59,209 bases of DNA, taken from positions 1 to 59,209 of the forward strand of contig JAYENL010000281.1 of NCBI GenBank assembly GCA_034722055.1, read 5' to 3'. The position numbers were made by a program, and so were the translations under genes. The notes below the pieces were generated by a model, which was not told where the DNA came from, made no database searches, and saw nothing but the letters and a program-made list of their open reading frames with translations. The stretch comes from Armatimonadota bacterium (GTDB taxonomy: Bacteria > Armatimonadota > Zipacnadia > Zipacnadales > UBA5352). Positions 18,601 to 29,062 of the stretch are shown one piece after another (position 1 is the first letter of the stretch; the number at the start of each line of letters is the position of its first letter).

Positions 18601-19115
18601 TGGCACGCGTCTTCGTCGCGATCGGCTCCAACATCGATCCCGAGCGCAACGTCAGGGAGGCGGTGCGCGCGCTGGCGCGCGAGGTGCAGGTGGTCGGCAC
18701 CTCGACAATCTACGCCATCGCGCCGCTCCGGCGACCCGAGCAGCCCACCTTCTACAATGCAGTGGCGGAGATCGAGACGGACATCCCGCCGCGAAAGCTG
18801 AAGTTCAAGGTGCTGCGCCGCATCGAGGCTCAGCTCGGACGGGTGCGCACCGAGGACAGGTGGGCTGCGCGCACCATAGACCTGGACATCGCGGTCTACG
18901 ACGACCTCGTCATCTCCGACGAGGATCTGCATATTCCCGACCCGGAGATCGCCGAGCGCCCGTTCCTGGCCGTGCCGCTGGCGGAGCTGGCACCGGACCT
19001 GGCTCTGCCCGGCATCGAACGCACGCTGAGCGAGATCGCCGCGGCGTTCGGCGACCGCGACATGCGTCCACTGCCGGAGTACACGCAATCCCTGAGAGAG
19101 GAAACTGGTGCATGA
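18600..19115 (+). CDS. folK: 6-hydroxymethyl-7,8-dihydropterin pyrophosphokinase
   Basis: [39 protein letters not shown]. Confidence 0.93.
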   Translation: MARVFVAIGSNIDPERNVREAVRALAREVQVVGTSTIYAIAPLRRPEQPTFYNAVAEIETDIPPRKLKFKVLRRIEAQLGRVRTEDRWAARTIDLDIAVYDDLVISDEDLHIPDPEIAERPFLAVPLAELAPDLALPGIERTLSEIAAAFGDRDMRPLPEYTQSLREETGA

Positions 19116-19687
19116 ACAAGCAGCGAGTGCAGGAGCTGATTCGCGAGCTGCTCATCGAGATTGGCGAGGACCCGGACCGCGAGGGCCTGGTCAAAACGCC
19201 CGAGCGCGTGGCCCGTGCGTGGGAGTTCCTGACGCTGGGATACCACATCGACCCCGACGACATTGTCGGCGACGCCGTGTTCACGCAGGAGACCAATAAC
19301 ATGATCACGGTGCGCGACATCGAGCTGTACAGCCTCTGCGAGCACCACATGCTGCCCTTCTACGGCCGATGCCACGTCGGCTACATATCCCAGGGCACAG
19401 TGCTGGGTCTGAGCAAGGTCGCGCGGCTGGTTGACGCCTACGCGCGCCGGCTGCAGATCCAGGAGCGGCTTACGGAGCAGATCGCGCACACGATCATGGA
19501 TGAGGTCGATGCCGAGGGCGTGGGCGTGGTCATCGAGGCGCGGCATCTGTGCATGATGATGCGCGGGGTGGAGAAGCAGAACTCCCTGATGACCACCTCA
19601 TCGGTGCTGGGCAGCTTCCACGACTCCGCGGCCACCCGCGCCGAGTTCATGTCCCTGATCAGCAAGCCGCGCACCTCGGCGCCGTAG
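19112..19687 (+). CDS. folE: GTP cyclohydrolase I
   Basis: [48 protein letters not shown]. Confidence 0.96.
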   Translation: MNKQRVQELIRELLIEIGEDPDREGLVKTPERVARAWEFLTLGYHIDPDDIVGDAVFTQETNNMITVRDIELYSLCEHHMLPFYGRCHVGYISQGTVLGLSKVARLVDAYARRLQIQERLTEQIAHTIMDEVDAEGVGVVIEARHLCMMMRGVEKQNSLMTTSSVLGSFHDSAATRAEFMSLISKPRTSAP

Positions 19688-19743
19688 ACCTGGCCGGGGC
19701 TTCGAGGTGACAGGGCGGTGCTGCGCCGGGCGCGTGAGATGCC

Positions 19744-22059
19744 TCAGCGGTAGCGCAGTCGCAGCTCCGCGAGCCAGATCTGCCTGTCCGCGCCGCCGAC
19801 TCCGAAGATCTGCACCTGGTCGTAGGGATTCCACTGATCGGGGGCGATGACGACCCGATAGGTCTCCCACCTCGGCTCCCCGGATGTCTCGTGGGTCCTG
19901 ATGGTGGGCCAGTCGCTGCCATTGTAGAGCACCAGGCCGGTGAAGTCCGACTCTCCCCATACCGTAAGCGTAAGCTCCACCGGGCGGGAGACATCCTCCA
20001 GCGCGATCTTCCACTGCGCCCAGCCCTTGGCCTTATCGCCCAGCCCCGTCTCGTCGGTATTCCGGCACCTCACGCCACCCTTCTCCTCCGGCTCGGCGAA
20101 GCCGCCCGGCCTGATCCCGCTACGGCGGGCCTCCTCGAAGTCCGCCACATGCCACACCAGGGGAAGCTTCTGGGGCACCATGGGCCACTGCAGCTCCGCG
20201 ATCGCCTCGTCAACGGTGGGAATGACATTCCGCGCCCGCCGGATCTGGATGATGGGGTCCTGCTGCGCCTCGAGCGCGTCGATGTGCGCTACCAGATCGG
20301 CGTGAGCATCCCGCAGCCTCTGCGTGCTCTCCTGGATGTGATCGGGATCGTTTGGCAGCTCGTGGGGAAGCAGCAGCATGTCCGTGTACAGCTCCACGTA
20401 GCGGAACCACGCCGAGCGCATGCCGACGCGGCGGCTCAGGATCGGGTCATCGCCCGCCAGCCGCAGGGCCTCGTCGAGATGCCCCCGGCACGTGTGCAGG
20501 AACTCCCGGTTGAAGATGTTGCGGGGATTGTAGTAGCCGTGATCCACATGGCCGGCGCGTTCGAGACAGGCGGCGTGCATGTAGTCGTCCATGGCGCGCA
20601 TCGGCTGCGCCGCCGGGCCGTAGAAGCCCTCGTAGAAGTCGTCGATGGCCGCCTCCAGGTCCAGGTCCGCATTCCAGGAGAACTTCGCCATCAGGTAGTA
20701 CGTGAGGGGGAGCTGACCGTAGGCCTGGTGGTTGGACTGGTGCATGAGGTCCTTGACGCCGCGGTCGCGGTAGAAGACCAGATCGCGGGCGAAGCGCCGC
20801 GCATAGGGCCAGGGGAGAAACTCCGAGGCGCCCTTGTAGACATAGGTGTAGACGCCGATGTTGTCGGACAGCTCCAGCCAGCCGTCCAGGATCTCGACGT
20901 AGCGGTCGTTCTTTGGGCACTCGACCTCCCCAGCGAGAGCATGGACGTAGCAGGCCGGCCTGTACCGGCAGAGGTAGATGATGAGGTTGGGGTGCGGCTT
21001 CACCACCAGTGGCGGCTTGGTGTAGTCGGCGTAGGCCAGGATCGCCAGATAGCGGTCGGGGAACTCCCGAGCCACCTGCTCGGCGACGCGGTTGGAGAAC
21101 AGCACCACCCGATCGGAGACCACCGGCACCTGCTTGAGCTCGCTCACCACGCGCGAGCCGGCCCCGAGCTGTCGCATCATCCGCTGACACCGCTGGCACT
21201 GGCACCACCTGCCCATGCCATCGTTGGGCATGAGCGAGTGGACCTTGCAGTGTGGATGGGTCCGGAAGTAGTCCATGACGCCTCGGGCGGCGATGTTGAT
21301 GACCTCCTGGTTGCTGGTGCAGAGCTGGCCGGCGTGATTGGCGTTGCGCATGCGCCGGCCCTGGATGAGACAGAAGTACTCGGGGTGCTCGGGCATGTAC
21401 CGCTCCGTGGGCACGAGCTTGTGATAGATGTGGCCGCCATAGTGGTCGTAGAGGCCGCCCACCTGCTCCCCGAACTGCGGGTCGCCGACGTTGGCGCGCT
21501 GCCTGACGCCCCACTGGGGCGTGAAGTCGATGCCCCGGCGGAAGCGGAATGACGGGGTCTCGATGCGCTGAACGTCGCCGACCGTGAGCGTATCGACCTC
21601 CGGGATCTCCTCGCCGATCTCGCCGGGCATGTACCACCTGCAGCCAAGCTCAGTCTCCAGGAAGGAGTAGCCCCCGTAGACCGTGCCCCGGTCGCCCGTG
21701 CCGACGAGGTGGACGGCCTCTCCCTCGCAGGCCACGATGAGGCCCTCCTCGGAAGGGTCCGCGGGGCCGATCCGGACGCGGAAGGGCTCATTGGCGGGGT
21801 GTCTGCCCACAAAGATGGCGGGGCCGTCCGCGGCCTGAGTCTCCTGAATCGGCAGCGTGGCGCCGCTGATGCGGGCGACGTAGGCCTGGATCTCCCCGGC
21901 TGCGAAGCGCTCCGCCCGGGATGGTTCGGTTGCGAGGCAGATCACGGCCTGCGGCTCGCCGTCGGCCACCAGGGTGACGTCGGCCGCCGCGCCGAGACAC
22001 GACGCAATGACCGAGAGCTGTACCAGCGCGAGGCCGGGTCGGAACAGCGCATGTCGCAT
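19744..22059 (-). CDS. Secreted DUF4838-domain protein (GH-like)
   Basis: Signal peptide, GCRWYMPG, P.FRFR, EHPEYF, QLCTSN, SLMPNDG..WCQC..C, LAYADY..PP, Y.MAKFSWN. Confidence 0.8.
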   Translation of the reverse strand: MRHALFRPGLALVQLSVIASCLGAAADVTLVADGEPQAVICLATEPSRAERFAAGEIQAYVARISGATLPIQETQAADGPAIFVGRHPANEPFRVRIGPADPSEEGLIVACEGEAVHLVGTGDRGTVYGGYSFLETELGCRWYMPGEIGEEIPEVDTLTVGDVQRIETPSFRFRRGIDFTPQWGVRQRANVGDPQFGEQVGGLYDHYGGHIYHKLVPTERYMPEHPEYFCLIQGRRMRNANHAGQLCTSNQEVINIAARGVMDYFRTHPHCKVHSLMPNDGMGRWCQCQRCQRMMRQLGAGSRVVSELKQVPVVSDRVVLFSNRVAEQVAREFPDRYLAILAYADYTKPPLVVKPHPNLIIYLCRYRPACYVHALAGEVECPKNDRYVEILDGWLELSDNIGVYTYVYKGASEFLPWPYARRFARDLVFYRDRGVKDLMHQSNHQAYGQLPLTYYLMAKFSWNADLDLEAAIDDFYEGFYGPAAQPMRAMDDYMHAACLERAGHVDHGYYNPRNIFNREFLHTCRGHLDEALRLAGDDPILSRRVGMRSAWFRYVELYTDMLLLPHELPNDPDHIQESTQRLRDAHADLVAHIDALEAQQDPIIQIRRARNVIPTVDEAIAELQWPMVPQKLPLVWHVADFEEARRSGIRPGGFAEPEEKGGVRCRNTDETGLGDKAKGWAQWKIALEDVSRPVELTLTVWGESDFTGLVLYNGSDWPTIRTHETSGEPRWETYRVVIAPDQWNPYDQVQIFGVGGADRQIWLAELRLRYR

Positions 22060-22087
22060 GGCACCAGACACCTCGCAGATCCTATGC

Positions 22088-23305
22088 CTATTCGCCGACC
22101 GTCAGCCGGAAGGTCATGGCCTGGATCTCCTGGTCCACCGAGCCGTCGTAGGGGTTATCCGAGCCGCGATGGAACACGCAGAAGATGCGGCCGTCCGGAA
22201 GCTGCACGCTGCTGGGGTAGTAGCCGGTGCCGCCGATGTCGAGGTCGTGCCAGCTCTCCCCGGCATCGGCCGTCCAGGAGATCCCGCTGGTCGCCAGGTG
22301 CAGCGCCACGCCCTCTCTGGCCCACAGCATCTCGGGGCAGCCGCTGTGGGGGAAGGGCGCCGGCCCCGCGGACACCACCCGATAGCCCTCGCCGTCGGGC
22401 TCCAGCAGGCTCTGCCAGCGCGACGGGGGCCGGTCGGCGCGATGGACGAAGAGCAGCCGCCCGTCGGGCAGCTCGGCGAAGTCGGACTCCTCCGAGAAGC
22501 GCACGTCCTCCTGCGGCGGCATGATGGAGATGGGCGCCGACCACGTCCGCCCGCCGTCGGCAGAGAGCCACAGGGACGGCCTGAGCCTCCCGGAGAGGCC
22601 GCCGCGCGTCCACGGCTCGGCCGCCAGCTCCGCGAAGGCACCCGCCATCGCCAGCCGTCCATCCCGCAAGAGGCGCAGGCGCTTCGGGAACAGCATGAAC
22701 TCGTCAGGGTCCATGACCACCTGCGGCGCGCTCCACGTCGTGCCCTGATCGCTGGAGCGCTGCACGTAGCCGGTCTGCGGCACATCGTAGAAGGGCAGGT
22801 ACTGGCCCCAGACGCCTCGCACGATGGTCCCGTCGGCGAGCGCGGCCTGCGTGTGGGAGCCCATCCCGCCGTTCATGGGCGAGTGCCAGGGCTCGGCGTG
22901 CACCACCTCCCAGGTCTCGCCGCCGTCGGTGGACACGATCCGCATGTTCTGCTGGATCGTCCCGGTCATGTCGTAGCCGGGCTTGCCGGCAGGGGGCCAG
23001 CTCAGCCGCTCCAGGACCTCTGGTGGCGCGCTCGGCCGGTCGCTCAGCGGGCCCGTGGCCTGGTTGAAGGTGACCATAAGCGCCCCATCCGGCAGCAGCA
23101 GCACACCGGCCCAGCAGGTGTAGCCCGGGGTCTGCGGCGAGTGGTAGACCGTGAAGCGCGTCACATCCGTAGCCCTCACCGTCTGCGCCATGAGCTCGCC
23201 TCCCGCGGCGACAAGCAGCACCACAAGCGCCCCCAACAGCGTAAGAGCTCGGGTGCGGACACGTTCCCGACCTGTGGGCGCGAGCCAGGGCTCCGTGCCG
23301 TCCAT
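22088..23305 (-). CDS. BNR/Asp-box repeat sialidase-like beta-propeller protein
   Basis: Asp-boxes STDGGETW, SSDQGTTW, SADGGRTW, TADAGESW; GYYPSSVQLPDG; hydrophobic signal segment. Confidence 0.8.
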   Translation of the reverse strand: MDGTEPWLAPTGRERVRTRALTLLGALVVLLVAAGGELMAQTVRATDVTRFTVYHSPQTPGYTCWAGVLLLPDGALMVTFNQATGPLSDRPSAPPEVLERLSWPPAGKPGYDMTGTIQQNMRIVSTDGGETWEVVHAEPWHSPMNGGMGSHTQAALADGTIVRGVWGQYLPFYDVPQTGYVQRSSDQGTTWSAPQVVMDPDEFMLFPKRLRLLRDGRLAMAGAFAELAAEPWTRGGLSGRLRPSLWLSADGGRTWSAPISIMPPQEDVRFSEESDFAELPDGRLLFVHRADRPPSRWQSLLEPDGEGYRVVSAGPAPFPHSGCPEMLWAREGVALHLATSGISWTADAGESWHDLDIGGTGYYPSSVQLPDGRIFCVFHRGSDNPYDGSVDQEIQAMTFRLTVGE

Positions 23306-23552
23306 GCCGTCTCACCTCGCACGGCTGTGGGGCGCGTTCGTCCGTAGCATTCTCCGTCAGCGCCGCGGTCCCTGCGAGGGCGCGATGCGCGCTCGCTGTG
23401 ATGGGGGTGTGGCTGCTGCCGGAGCAGGGCCATTGCGGCCGACGGGCTGGAACTGTCAGCCTCCGGAGAATCGTTTGTCTCAACGGGGGATGGACGTCTC
23501 GAAGCTGGCTGCAGCGGACCTCTCCAGTCGGGTCGCTAAAGGGGCAGTGCTT

Positions 23553-25733
23553 ATGAGCCGGCGGGCCCTCTCGTGGATCGACGCGGCCATCATCCTGGTG
23601 GTACTTGCCACGGTGGCCGGCCTCTACGTATCCTACATCAGCCCGGGGACCCCCACGCTGGTGATCTGGTCCTGCGGCGGCAACTACCACGGGCTGAACG
23701 CCTTCTCCCAGCGCTTCGAGCAACGGCACCACTGCCGGGTCCAGTACACCGCTGCCCCCATCCAGTACCTCCTGGAGCAGGTGGCCTTCGGCGAGAGCCA
23801 CCCGGACATGCTCGTGGGCAGAGCGGGGCCGGGGTGGGATGCGCTCAAGAAGCTGGGCAAGCTGGGGGAGGGCCCCGACTTCTTCGGCGCCGACCCCTAC
23901 GTGATCATCACGCCGGCGGGGAACCCGGCGGGGATCACCGGAATTCGCGACCTCGGCAGGCCCGGGGTGCGCGTGGCCTACTCGCCTCACGCCATGCGCC
24001 CCAAGGGCAAGTGCCCCTCGCACCTGATGGGCATGGTGGCCAGCAAGTTCTTCCCGGGCCTCGAGGAGCGCTGGGAGAATAACGCCGTCGGGCGGCTCAC
24101 CTGCGGGCGCGACCTGCTGGAGCCCATCACGTCCGGAGCAGCCGACGCCGCCATCGTGTCACGGTCCCAGATCGCCTATCCCGGCGTGGACCGCCAGGCC
24201 CTGGAGATAGTCCCGATTGAGCTCAAGCATCTCGACGCCATGAAGGTCTGCCGGGCCACCATCGGCCAGTGTGTGGGGATACTGGCGGAGGCAAGGCACC
24301 CGGAGCTGGCCCGGCGCTTCCGCGACGCCATGCTGGGGGAGTTGGGGCGTGAGGTGTTCGAGGAGTACGGCTACATCCACATCACCTCCCCGGAGGTGCA
24401 CCACTGGGACCCGTTCATGGTGACCTTCGTCCCCAGACGCATGCCGCCCTGGCAGGTAGAGCTTGGTGACCGGCTGGCGGAGGAGGGCATTGTCCGCGAG
24501 GCCATTCGGCGGTATCTGAAGGTGATTCACACCTTCGGCCCCAACGAGTTCGAGCCCTACTGCCGATACCAAATCGGTGAGCTGTTGGCGGATCAGGGGA
24601 GGATGGCCGCAGCAGCAGAGCAGTGGCGGCGCCTGATCCGCGACTATCCGCGCCCGGGACCCCACGAGTACGGCAGCCCGGTTTTCGAGGTGGTGGTCGC
24701 GGGGCCGGAGTTGGGCCTGAAGCCCGAAGAGCATTACGTGAAGCAGGCCCGGCAGGCCCTGCGCGGGCTCCCAGCGTCCGACAGAGAGGAGCAGCACGTG
24801 GCGGAGGATGAGGTGGTGGCGGCGACGAGCATCTCGGCCCCGCGCGTCGTTGACGGCGACCCGCCCAAGAACGGCACGCGGGAGCTGGCGCTGGCTGAGG
24901 ACCTCTTCGCGGTGGGGGACTACGAGTACGCCACGCGCGACTACCTCAAGGTCCTGCACCTGTGCTATCCGAGCCGCTACCAGCCGCAGGCAAGCCTGAG
25001 GCTGGGCGCGTGCGCCTATCTGCGTGGCAAGCCGGGGCTGGCGAAGAGGCAGTGGGAGTGGACCGTCGCGCAGTTCGCGGACTCGGATGCGGCGCGGCAG
25101 GCCTCACAGGCCCTGCAGGCCCTGGGCGGCTCCGAGGCGGAGCAGCCGGAGAGCGGATGCCCCGTGGAGATGCCGCCATGGCAGCCCACACATGACACCT
25201 GGGCGGAGCGCGGCATGAGCTACGGCATGGCGCTGTACGAGCACGATCTGCCGCTGTTCACCTTCAAAGAGATGGTGAAGCTGCTGCACGGGGTCTACCA
25301 GCGCCACACGCTCGGACCGCAGGCGCGGTACCGCGCCGGCATCGCTGCCTGGGAGGTCGGGCACCCGCGGGCCGGGATCCTACAGTGGCGCATCTGCCAG
25401 GCGCAGCAGCCACAGAGTCCGTGGGCAGAGCGCAGCCGGAATGCCATCCAGGCCGCCCTCCAGTGGCCGGAGCTGACCGACGAGCAGCGAGCGGAGGTGG
25501 AGGCGGCGGTATCCGAGCCCATTCCGGCGGTGCCCAAGCGCAACAAGCCGGCCTGCTGGCAGCGCTACAGCCTGGGCCGGGAGTTCCTGATGGTCGGCGT
25601 GCTCGACGAGGGGCAGGCGGCGATGGAGTTCATGAAGGCCCTTACCGTCACGCACGCCTCCAAGAGCAAGTACGACGAGAGCGTCGTTCCCAAGGCCGAG
25701 GCCGGTCTGAGGCGAGCGCTATGCGAAAGCTGA
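23553..25733 (+). CDS. Membrane-anchored ModA-like substrate-binding domain fused to TPR repeats
   Basis: N-terminal TM. IITPAGNPAGITGIRDLGRPGVRVA, ITSGAADAAI and GREVFEEYGY are ModA-like. About 3.5 TPR pairs follow (YLKVI...QWRRL repeated). Confidence 0.7.
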   Translation: MSRRALSWIDAAIILVVLATVAGLYVSYISPGTPTLVIWSCGGNYHGLNAFSQRFEQRHHCRVQYTAAPIQYLLEQVAFGESHPDMLVGRAGPGWDALKKLGKLGEGPDFFGADPYVIITPAGNPAGITGIRDLGRPGVRVAYSPHAMRPKGKCPSHLMGMVASKFFPGLEERWENNAVGRLTCGRDLLEPITSGAADAAIVSRSQIAYPGVDRQALEIVPIELKHLDAMKVCRATIGQCVGILAEARHPELARRFRDAMLGELGREVFEEYGYIHITSPEVHHWDPFMVTFVPRRMPPWQVELGDRLAEEGIVREAIRRYLKVIHTFGPNEFEPYCRYQIGELLADQGRMAAAAEQWRRLIRDYPRPGPHEYGSPVFEVVVAGPELGLKPEEHYVKQARQALRGLPASDREEQHVAEDEVVAATSISAPRVVDGDPPKNGTRELALAEDLFAVGDYEYATRDYLKVLHLCYPSRYQPQASLRLGACAYLRGKPGLAKRQWEWTVAQFADSDAARQASQALQALGGSEAEQPESGCPVEMPPWQPTHDTWAERGMSYGMALYEHDLPLFTFKEMVKLLHGVYQRHTLGPQARYRAGIAAWEVGHPRAGILQWRICQAQQPQSPWAERSRNAIQAALQWPELTDEQRAEVEAAVSEPIPAVPKRNKPACWQRYSLGREFLMVGVLDEGQAAMEFMKALTVTHASKSKYDESVVPKAEAGLRRALCES

Positions 25734-26572
25734 ACATTTGGCAGCGTGCTGCTGCGATGAAGAAGGTCACCGTCCTGCGGCGTATCAGCCAGGCCGTGTT
25801 CTTCGCGATAGCGGGCACATGGCTGACTGTGGGGGCCTTGAGGTGCCCCTTCGGCATCCCCTTCGTGTCCTGCCAGTCCTGCCCGTCAACGGACTGCCCG
25901 GGGCGCTATCTGCAACTACCCTTCATAGGGCTGATGGGGCTGTCGGGACTTGTCTTCGGCCGCGCCTTCTGTGGGTGGGCGTGTCCGATGGGCTTCCTGA
26001 TGGATATCGCCGGCAAGATCCCGAAGCTGCGCGCCACGGTGTCGGAGCGCTTTGCGGCCTACGACCGCTACCTCAAGCCGCTGAAGTACGTGGCGCTGGC
26101 TGCCGCGATCTACCTGGTGTTCACACTCAACTTCACTGAGGTCAGGGCCCACCCCTACGTTGTGCGCACGGCGTCGGTGTTCAACCTGCAGGCCATCCGC
26201 GTGGCCCAGATGCTGGGGTCCTCGGTCTATGCCGTGCGCATGTGGGTCCTGATCGGAGCGCTGGTGGGCGGGCTGATCATCTCCAGGTTCTGGTGCCGGT
26301 ATCTCTGCCCCCTCGGCGCGCTGCTGGGCCTGTTCAACAAGTTCAGCCTCTTCGGCATGATCCGGGAGCGTGAGGATCTGCCTCGATGCAGACTCTATCC
26401 TCGGGACTGCATCATGCACACGATGCCGGGAAGCGTGGACTGCGTGATGTGCGGGGAGTGTGCGGAGGCCTGCCCTCGCAAGATCCTGGGGCTGCGGCTG
26501 CGCTACCTCGGCGGGCGCCCGCCCGAGGAGGAGGCCGAGGCTCCGGAGGAGGCCAGGCGGGGCGCGTCGTAG
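25721..26572 (+). CDS. Membrane 4Fe-4S binding protein (NapH/MauN/Fer4_5-like)
   Basis: CQSCPSTDCP, GRAFCGWACPMG, RFWCRYLCPLGA, CVMCGECAEACP, and TM helices. Overlaps the upstream gene. Confidence 0.85.
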   Translation: MRKLNIWQRAAAMKKVTVLRRISQAVFFAIAGTWLTVGALRCPFGIPFVSCQSCPSTDCPGRYLQLPFIGLMGLSGLVFGRAFCGWACPMGFLMDIAGKIPKLRATVSERFAAYDRYLKPLKYVALAAAIYLVFTLNFTEVRAHPYVVRTASVFNLQAIRVAQMLGSSVYAVRMWVLIGALVGGLIISRFWCRYLCPLGALLGLFNKFSLFGMIREREDLPRCRLYPRDCIMHTMPGSVDCVMCGECAEACPRKILGLRLRYLGGRPPEEEAEAPEEARRGAS

Positions 26573-26622
26573 GACCGTGTTGGGCCGACCTCCTCGGGGC
26601 GCTTCGCACCTCTCGTCGTGCG

Positions 26623-26995
26623 GCCCCTCCGAACGGCACGACAAAGGCCGCCGTTCCGTGGCACGCACACTCCTGTGCGTGCGCCGTTCGTGGTTGTCGG
26701 GCTGGAAGCCCGACCTACGCGAGGGATGGAGCCCACGCCAAGGATGGAGACAACGGCCGGGCGGGAGCGTAGTCGCGCCCCTCCAGACGGCACGACAAAC
26801 GGCGCCGTTCCGTTGCACCCACACTCCTGTGCGTGTGCGGTTCGTGGTTGTCGGGCTGGAAGCCCGACCTACGCGAGGGATGGAGCCCACGCGAAGGATG
26901 CAGCGCACGACAACGGGCGGGAGCGTAGTCGCGCCCCTCCGGAGGGCACGACAGATGGCGCCGTTCCGTGACACGCACACTCCTGTGCGTGCGTC
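26623..26995. repeat. Tandem ~155-bp mosaic REP/BIME-like array (~2.4 copies)
   Basis: Unit starts at 26623, 26777 and 26933. Each contains palindromes GCACGCACA-ctcc-TGTGCGTGC, GTCGGGC-tggaa-GCCCGAC-CTAC (GTAG-REP on the minus strand) and GGGCG...CGCCC-CTCC (GGAG-REP). Confidence 0.85.
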
Positions 26996-27376
26996 GTTTC
27001 CGTCGATCTCCGGGCGGCAGCGGGCGCGGGCACGATGGTCTCCGACCCCCTCCTCCCGGCTTACCCTTACCCACAGGTTGGGGAGGGCTGTCGGCCGTGG
27101 AGGGGCCGCCTGAGGGCGCTCCTCAGGAGCGCGCGAAGTCGGCCCGCGGGCTAAAGGAGAACGGCCGGGCCGGCTTCGGCTCCAGCGAACGATGCTGGAG
27201 CCTCAGATGGCCCCTCCGGACGGCAGACGGCCAATCGCCAGTCGCCACGATGTGGGTAAAGGTAAGCTCCTCCCGGAGGGCCTAACGGCGGGCTCCGTAC
27301 GGAATGGGGGGGATGGCATCATGGGCCGGTCGTGTCACGATCCACAGGTGCAACGCCGGCCGTCTCCACGTCACCG

Positions 27377-28270
27377 CTACTCGGCCTCGGTGGAGGATGC
27401 CTCCTCACCGGCGCTCTCCTGAGCGGCCCGCACGGCAGCGACGATGCCGCCCTTGATACCCTTCATCCACTCTGCAGCATGCTTCTTCCCCTGCTCGACG
27501 CCCGCAGCATCGGCATCGGCCGGATAGACCCGGATCAGCTCCTTGCCCTCGGCGAGGATGCTCCACCCCTTCTCGGCGTCCATGACCGAGAGCTGGGTGG
27601 TGTGCACCGGCTCGCTGGTCCACTCCTCCAGGGCCTCCCTCGCCGCCTGGGCGCGCTGGAGAGGAGTCTTGCCGCCGGCCTCCTGGGTGATCGTGAAGGC
27701 GACCTCGCCGTTCATGACCACCTCCGCCCCCTGGGCCACCTCGCGGACCTCGACCTCCACCTCCACCGGCACCGGCGCGAGGGCCTTGCGGGCCTCCTCC
27801 TCGCTGAGGATCTCGGCCTCGCCAGCCGCGATGGCCGCGAAGGTCTGCTTCAGGTCCTGGTGCGTCCAACTGAAGCCGACGGGGAAGTAGAAGATCACCG
27901 TCCGCTTCTCGCCGTCCTCGCCGGGGATGCGCACCACAGGACTGCCGTCGAACATCAGAGCCATGCACTTCAGCCCGTCCTCCCGCCACCGCTCGTTGCC
28001 CTCCGGTGAGCCGAAGTCAATAACCTCCATGTCGATGACATCATCGTACTGCTGCGCCAGCTCCTTGAGCAGCTCGACAGTCGGCTCCTGGCAGCCGGAG
28101 GTGACGTTGATGTAGGCGGTCAGCTCCACCGTGTCTGGCGCCTCGGCCGGTCCTGCAGCCACCTCCTGCGGCGGCGGCTTCATGGGTTGTTGCGCCTGAC
28201 GCTCGGCGCAGCCTGCCAGCAGGACGAGGACGAATGCCACGAGCAGTAGGCCTGTGCACAGTCTCATCAT
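27377..28270 (-). CDS. Lipoprotein with putative thioredoxin-like domain
   Basis: Lipobox LAGC, Pro/Gln linker, AYINVTSGCQEPTVELLKELAQQY...VIDF...GLKCMALMFDG. Confidence 0.7.
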   Translation of the reverse strand: MMRLCTGLLLVAFVLVLLAGCAERQAQQPMKPPPQEVAAGPAEAPDTVELTAYINVTSGCQEPTVELLKELAQQYDDVIDMEVIDFGSPEGNERWREDGLKCMALMFDGSPVVRIPGEDGEKRTVIFYFPVGFSWTHQDLKQTFAAIAAGEAEILSEEEARKALAPVPVEVEVEVREVAQGAEVVMNGEVAFTITQEAGGKTPLQRAQAAREALEEWTSEPVHTTQLSVMDAEKGWSILAEGKELIRVYPADADAAGVEQGKKHAAEWMKGIKGGIVAAVRAAQESAGEEASSTEAE

Positions 28271-29001
28271 CTCTCAGCGCTCCCTGTTGCGTGCTGTTCG
28301 AGCCGCGGCTGGCCGGACTGGGCGTCATCGCTCACCAGCGCGCCGTCCTGGAGGCGGAAGATCCGCCTGGTGACGGCGATGGTGTCTCTGTCGTGGCTGG
28401 CGATGATGACGGTGCGGCCCTGCTCGTTGAGGCGCCCCAGCAGCGTCAGGATCCGGCCGGCGTTCTCGGAGTCAAGCTCGCCGGTGGGCTCATCGGCCAG
28501 GATGATCTGGGGATCATTGACGACGGCGCGGGCGACGGCCGTCCGCTGCTGCTCACCGCCGGACAGCTCGCCGGGCAGGTGCGAGGCTCGATGGCCGATG
28601 TTCACCTCTTCCAGCGCATCCTCCACACGCCTGGTCTTCTCTGCCTCGCCGCCGGGGAGGGGAACCAGCGGCAGCATCACGTTCTCGAAGACTGTCAGAG
28701 CCGGGACCAGGTTCGCGTCCTGGAAGACGAAGCCCACGGTCTCGCGGCGGTACACCGCCAGTCCGGCCTCATCCAGCGAGCCCAGGTCGGTGCCGCCCAC
28801 GGTGACGCTGCCCCGGCTGGGCCGGTCGAGGCCACCGATGATGTTCAGCAGCGTTGACTTCCCGGCGCCGGAGTGGCCCACGATGCCCACGAACTGGCCC
28901 TCCGGGATCGACAGGGAGACGTCCTCCAGGGCGGCGAGCTCGGAGTCCGATCGGCGGTATGTCCTCGTCACGTTGCGGAGGACGATGTATTCGTCAGCCA
29001 T
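28267..29001 (-). CDS. ABC transporter ATP-binding protein (LolD/MacB type)
   Basis: GHSGAGKS, LSGGEQQR, ILADEPTGELD, SHD. Confidence 0.93.
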   Translation of the reverse strand: MADEYIVLRNVTRTYRRSDSELAALEDVSLSIPEGQFVGIVGHSGAGKSTLLNIIGGLDRPSRGSVTVGGTDLGSLDEAGLAVYRRETVGFVFQDANLVPALTVFENVMLPLVPLPGGEAEKTRRVEDALEEVNIGHRASHLPGELSGGEQQRTAVARAVVNDPQIILADEPTGELDSENAGRILTLLGRLNEQGRTVIIASHDRDTIAVTRRIFRLQDGALVSDDAQSGQPRLEQHATGSAER

Positions 29002-29062
29002 TCTCGGCGGACCCTCTCAGCCTGCGGCGTCGTTTTGCGGCCTGTCCGGCGACCCGTGTGCG

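Noticed and set aside
26623..26995. CRISPR array
   Set aside because: Whole ~155-bp units repeat, there are no unique spacers between short identical repeats, and there are no cas genes.
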